From Eledone cirrhosa (taxonomy: Eukaryota), in contig OZ024755.1 in the NCBI GenBank assembly GCA_964016885.1, positions 39,742,001 to 39,806,000 of the forward strand: a DNA stretch of 64,000 nt. Direction: 5' to 3'. The notes under the pieces are model-generated. The model was not told the DNA's origin, made no database searches, and saw only the letters and a program-made list of their open reading frames with translations. The translations under genes and the position numbers were made by a program. This document shows, piece by piece, positions 58,866 through 64,000 of the stretch (the first letter of the stretch is position 1; each line of letters starts with the position of its first letter).

Positions 58866-59411
58866 CTCCACCACATACAAGTCACACGGCACACCAGTGT
58901 GACGCTCCACCAGATGGAAGTCACACGGTACACCAGTGTGGTGCTCCACCACATACAAGTCACACGGCACACCAGTGTGACGCTCCACCAGATAGAAGTC
59001 ACACGGCACACCAGTGTGGTGCTCCACCACATACAAGTCACACGGCACACCAGTGTGACGCTCCACCAGATAGAAGTCACACAGTACACCAGTGTGGTGC
59101 TCCACCACATACAAGTCACACAGCACACCAGTGTGACGCTCCACCAGATAGAAGTCACACAGTACACCAGTGTGGTGCTCCACCACATACAAGTCACACG
59201 GCACACCAGTGTGACGCTCCACCAGATAGAAGTCACACGGTACACCAGTGTGGTGCTCCACCACATACAAGTCACACGGCACACCAGTGTGACGCTCCAC
59301 CAGATAGAAGTCACACGGCACACCAGTGTGGTGCTCCACCACATACAAGTCACACGGCACACCAGTGTGACGCTCCACCAGATAGAAGTCACACAGTACA
59401 CCAGTGTGGTG
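58866..59411 (+). repeat. 78-bp dimeric higher-order repeat (7 copies) at the start of the 39-bp array
   Basis: CACATAC-type units start at 58866, 58944, 59022, 59100, 59178, 59256 and 59334, strictly alternating with CAGAT(A/G)G units that end in GGTG. Confidence 0.93.
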
Positions 59412-61769
59412 CTCCACCAGATAGAAGTCACACGGTACACCAGTGTGACGCTCCACCAGATAGAAGTCACACGGCACACCAGTGTGACGCTCCACTAGAT
59501 AGAAGTCACACAGTACACCAGTGTGGTGCTCCACTAGATAGAAGTCACACGGCACACCAGTGTGACGCTCCACCAGATAGAAGACACACGGCACACCAGT
59601 GTGACGCTCCACCAGATAGAAGTCACACGGCACACCAGTGTGACGCTCCACTAGATAGAAGTCACACAGTACACCAGTGTGGTGCTCCACCAGATAGAAG
59701 TCACACAGTACACCAGTGTGACGCTCCACCAGATAGAAGTCACACGGCACACCAGTGTGACAGTCCACCAGATAGTATCCACACGGCACACCAGTGTGAC
59801 GCTCCACCAGATAGAAGCCACACGGCACACCAGTGTGACGCTCCACCAGATAGAAGTCACACAGTACACCAGTGTGACGCTCCACCAGATAGAAGTCACA
59901 CGGCACACCAGTGTGACGCTCCACCAGATAGAAGTCACACGGTACACCAGTGTGACGCTCCACCAGATAGAAGTCACACAGTACACCAGTGTGACGCTCC
60001 ACCAGATAGAAGTCACACAGTACACCAGTGTGGTGCTCCACCAGATAGAAGTCACACGGCACACCAGTGTGACGCTCCACCAGATAGAAGACACACGGCA
60101 CACCAGTGTGACGCTCCACCAGATAGAAGTCACACAGTACACCAGTGTGACGCTCCACCAGATAGAAGTCACACGGCACACCAGTGTGACGCTCCACCAG
60201 ATAGAAGTCACACGGCACACCAGTGTGACGCTCCACCAGATAGAAGTCACACGGCACACCAGTGTGACGCTCCACCAGATAGAAGTCACACAGTACACCA
60301 GTGTGACGCTCCACCAGATAGAAGTCACACAGTACACCAGTGTGACGCTCCACTAGATAGAAGTCACACAGTACACCAGTGTGGTGCTCCACCAGATAGA
60401 AGTCACACGGCACACCAGTGTGACGCTCCACCAGATAGAAGACACACGGCACACCAGTGTGACGCTCCACCAGATAGAAGTCACACGGCACACCAGTGTG
60501 ACGCTCCACCAGATAGAAGACACACGGCACACCAGTGTGACGCTCCACCAGATAGAAGTCACACAGTACACCAGTGTGACGCTCCACCAGATAGAAGACA
60601 CACGGCACACCAGTGTGACGCTCCACCAGATAGAAGTCACACAGTACACCAGTGTGACGCTCCACCAGATAGAAGTCACACGGCACACCAGTGTGACGCT
60701 CCACCAGATAGAAGTCACACGGCACACCAGTGTGACGCTCCACTAGATAGAAGTCACACAGTACACCAGTGTGGTGCTCCACCAGATAGAAGTCACACAG
60801 TACACCAGTGTGACGCTCCACTAGATAGAAGTCACACAGTACACCAGTGTGGTGCTCCACCAGATAGAAGTCACACGGCACACCAGTGTGACGCTCCACC
60901 AGATAGAAGTCACACAGTACACCAGTGTGGTGCTCCACCAGATAGAAGTCACACGGCACACCAGTGTGACGCTCCACCAGATAGAAGTCACACAGTACAC
61001 CAGTGTGGTGCTCCACCAGATAGAAGACACACGGCACACCAGTGTGACGCTCCACCAGATAGAAGTCACACAGTACGCCAGTGTGGTGCTCCACCAGATA
61101 GAAGTCACACGGCACACCAGTGTGACGCTCCACCAGATAGAAGTCACACAGTACACCAGTGTGGTGCTCAACCAGATAGAAGACACACGGCACACCAGTG
61201 TGACGCTCCACCAGATAGAAGTCACACGGCACACCAGTGTGACGCTCCACCAGATAGAAGTCACACGGCACACCAGTGTGACGCTCCACCAGATAGAAGT
61301 CACACGGCACACCAGTGTGACGCTCCACCAGATAGAAGTCACACGGCACACCAGTGTGACGCTCCACCAGATAGAAGACACACGGCTCACCAGTGTGACG
61401 CTCCACCAGATAGAAGTCACACAGTACACCAGTGTGACGCTCCACCAGATAGAAGTCAGACGGCACACCAGTGTGACGCTCCACCAGATAGAAGTCACAC
61501 GGCACACCAGTGTGACGCTCCACCAGATAGAAGTCACACAGTACACCAGTGTGACGCTCCACCAGATAGAAGTCACACGGCACACCAGTGTGACGCTCCA
61601 CCAGATAGAAGTCACACGGCACACCAGTGTGGTGCTCCACCAGATAGAAGTCACACGGCACACCAGTGTGACGCTCCACTAGATAGAAGTCACACAGTAC
61701 ACCAGTGTGACGCTCCACCAGATAGAAGTCACACGGCACACCAGTGTGACGCTCCACCAGATAGAAGTC

Positions 61770-64000
61770 ACACAGTACACCAGTGTGGTGCTCCACCAGA
61801 TAGAAGTCACACGGTACACCAGTGTGGTGCTCCACCAGATAGAAGTCACACAGTACACCAGTGTGGTGCGCCACCAGATAGCAGTCACACAGTACACCAG
61901 TGTGGTGCTCCACCAGATACAAGTCACACAGTACACCAGTGTGGTGCGCCACCAGATAGATGTCACACGGCACAACAGTGTGGTGCTCCACCAGATAGAA
62001 GTCACACAGTACACCAGTGTGACGCCCCACCAGATAGAAGTCACACGGTACAACAGTGTGACGCTCCACCAGATAGAAGTCACACGGCACACCAGTGTAG
62101 TGCCTCACCAGATAGAATTCACCTGGTACAACAGTGTGACGCTCCACCAGATAGAAGTCAGACGGCACACCAGTGTGATGCTCCACCAGATAGAACCCAC
62201 ACAGCACACCAGTGTGACGCTCCACCAGATAGGATCCACACGGTACAACAGTGTGACACTCCGCCAGATAGAAGTCACACGGACAACAGTGTGGCGCCCC
62301 ACCAGATAGAAGGCACACGGCACACCAGTGTGGTCCTCCACCAGATAGAAGTCTCACGGCACACCAGTGTTACGCTCCACCAGATAGAAGTCACATGGCA
62401 CACCAGCGTGACGCGTCACCTGATAGAAGTCACACGGCACACCAGTGTGGTGCTCCACCAGATAGAAGTCTCACGTCACACCAGTGTGACGCTCCACCAG
62501 ATAGAAGTCAGACGGCACACCAGTGTGGTGCTCCACCAGATAGAAGTCTCACGGCACACCAGCGTGGCGCTCCACCAGATAGAAGGCACACGGCACACCA
62601 GTGTGGTGCTCCACCAGATAGAAGTCTCACGGCAGACCAGTGTGGCGCTCCACCAGATAGAAGGCACACGGCACACCAGTGTGGCGCACCACCAGATAGA
62701 AGTCACACGGCACACCAGTGTGGTCCTCCACCAGATAGAAGTCTCACGGCACACCAGTGTGACGCTCCACCAGATAGAAGTCACACGTCACACCAGTGTG
62801 ACGCTCCACCAGATAGAAGTCACACGGCACACCAGTGTGACGCTCCACCAGATAGAAGTCACACGGCACACCAGTGTGGTGCTCCACCACATACAAGTCA
62901 CACGGCACACCAGTGTGACGCTCCACCAGATAGAAGTCACACAGTACACCAGTGTGGTGCTCCACCACATACAAGTCACACGGCACACCAGTGTGACGCT
63001 CCACCAGATAGAAGTCACACAGTACACCAGTGTGGTGCTCCACCACATACAAGTCACACGGCACACCAGTGTGACGCTCCACCAGATAGAAGTCACACGG
63101 TACACCAGTGTGGTGCTCCACCACATACAAGTCACACGGGACACCAGTGTGACGCTCCACCAGATAGAAGTCACACAGTACACCAGTGTGGTGCTCCACC
63201 ACATACAAGTCACACGACACACCAGTGTGACGTTCCACCAGATAGAAGTCACACGGTACACCAGTGTGACGCTCCACCAGATAGAAGTCACACGGCACAC
63301 CAGTGTGACGCTCCACCAGATACAAGTCACACAGTACACCAGTGTGACGCTCCGCCAGATAGAAGTCAGACGGCACACCAGTGTGTGGTGCTCCACCAGA
63401 TAGAAGTCACACGGCACACTAGTGTGGCGCTCCACCAGATAGAAGTCACACGGCACACCGGTGTGACGCTCCACCAGATACAAGTCACACAGTACACCAG
63501 TGTGGTGCTCCACCAGATAGAAGTCACATGGTACACCAGTGTGGTGCTCCACCAGATAGAAGTCACACAGTACACCAGTGTGGTGCGCCACCAGATAGAA
63601 GTCACACAGTACACCAGTGTGGTGCTCCACCAGATACAAGTCACACAGTACACCAGTGTGGTGCGCCACCAGATAGAAGTCACACGGCACAACAGTGTGG
63701 TGCTCCACCAGATAGAAGTCACACAGTACACCAGTGTGACGCCCCACCAGATAGAAGTCACACGGTACAACAGTGTGACGCTCCACCAGATAGAAGTCAC
63801 ACGGCACACCAGTGTAGTGCCTCACCAGATAGAATTCACCTGGTACAACAGTGTGACGCTCCACCAAATAGAAGTCAGACGGCACACCAGTGTGATGCTC
63901 CACCAGATAGAACCCACACAGCACACCAGTGTGACGCTCCACCAGATAGGAACCACACGGTACAACAGTGTGACACTCCACCAGATAGAAGTCACACGGA
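61770..64000 (+). repeat. 1,717-bp (44-monomer) offset duplication of a diverged block in the 39-bp array
   Basis: GTGCG at 61866/63583 and 61944/63661, GAATTC at 62115/63832, and the CACGGA deletion variant at 62283/64000 all give an offset of 1717. Confidence 0.9.
62882..63232 (+). repeat. Second block of the 78-bp dimer pattern
   Basis: CACATAC-type units start at 62882, 62960, 63038, 63116 and 63194 (78-bp spacing). Confidence 0.9.

Larger units (their letters stand above)
58866..64000 (+). repeat. 39-bp minisatellite array, consensus CTCCACCAGATAGAAGTCACACGGCACACCAGTGTGACG, about 132 copies, truncated by the right window edge
   Basis: Head-to-tail 39-bp units start at 58866. Main polymorphisms are CGGC/CAGT/CGGT, GACG/GGTG and CAGATAG/CACATAC. 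There is a 1-bp deletion at 62282/62283 and a 2-bp GT insertion near 63381-63386. Confidence 0.99.

Noticed and set aside
58741-58910. Hammerhead ribozyme or retrozyme (CTGATG at 58804, nearby GAAA and short stems; hairpin-bearing tandem repeat)
   Set aside because: The required CUGANGA...GAAA core in the correct order and stem context is absent from both the flank and the 39-mer on either strand.
59080-59086. CACAGTA resembling the RAG/Transib heptamer CACAGTG
   Set aside because: It is only a 6/7 match and there is no nonamer at a 12- or 23-bp spacing.
58853-63981. Many overlapping ORFs on both strands of the 39-bp array
   Set aside because: The unit length is a multiple of 3 and four frames lack stops, so ORF ends simply track the CACTAG variant and the indels.
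58866-64000. CRISPR array (palindromic repeat of about 39 bp)
   Set aside because: Units are directly adjacent with no unique spacers, there is no cas gene, and the context looks eukaryotic.

Overview
This window is almost entirely tandem-repeat DNA. It looks eukaryotic, probably from a microsatellite-rich animal genome, but the species cannot be identified from the sequence. It has three parts. (1) 1-57513 is one head-to-tail array of the 17-bp monomer TGTGTGATATATGTTAG (about 3,380 copies). It is open at the left edge, has no C in the + strand consensus, and ends abruptly on the right. Rare variant monomers show it was built by nested block duplications with offsets from 170 bp to about 17 kb. 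(2) 57514-58865 is a 1.35-kb island with a (TA)n(TG)n microsatellite, about 290 bp of unique sequence containing concentric short inverted repeats, and a degenerate CA/CT tract complementary to the TG run. (3) 58866-64000 is a 39-bp GC-rich minisatellite (about 132 copies, open at the right edge) with an internal palindrome, a 78-bp dimer sub-pattern and a 1,717-bp higher-order duplication. I can support no protein-coding gene, RNA gene, transposase or CRISPR array, and every listed ORF is explained by repeat periodicity. I did not find a convincing new gene system; the notable features are structural. All offsets were counted by hand from landmark variants and need computational confirmation.
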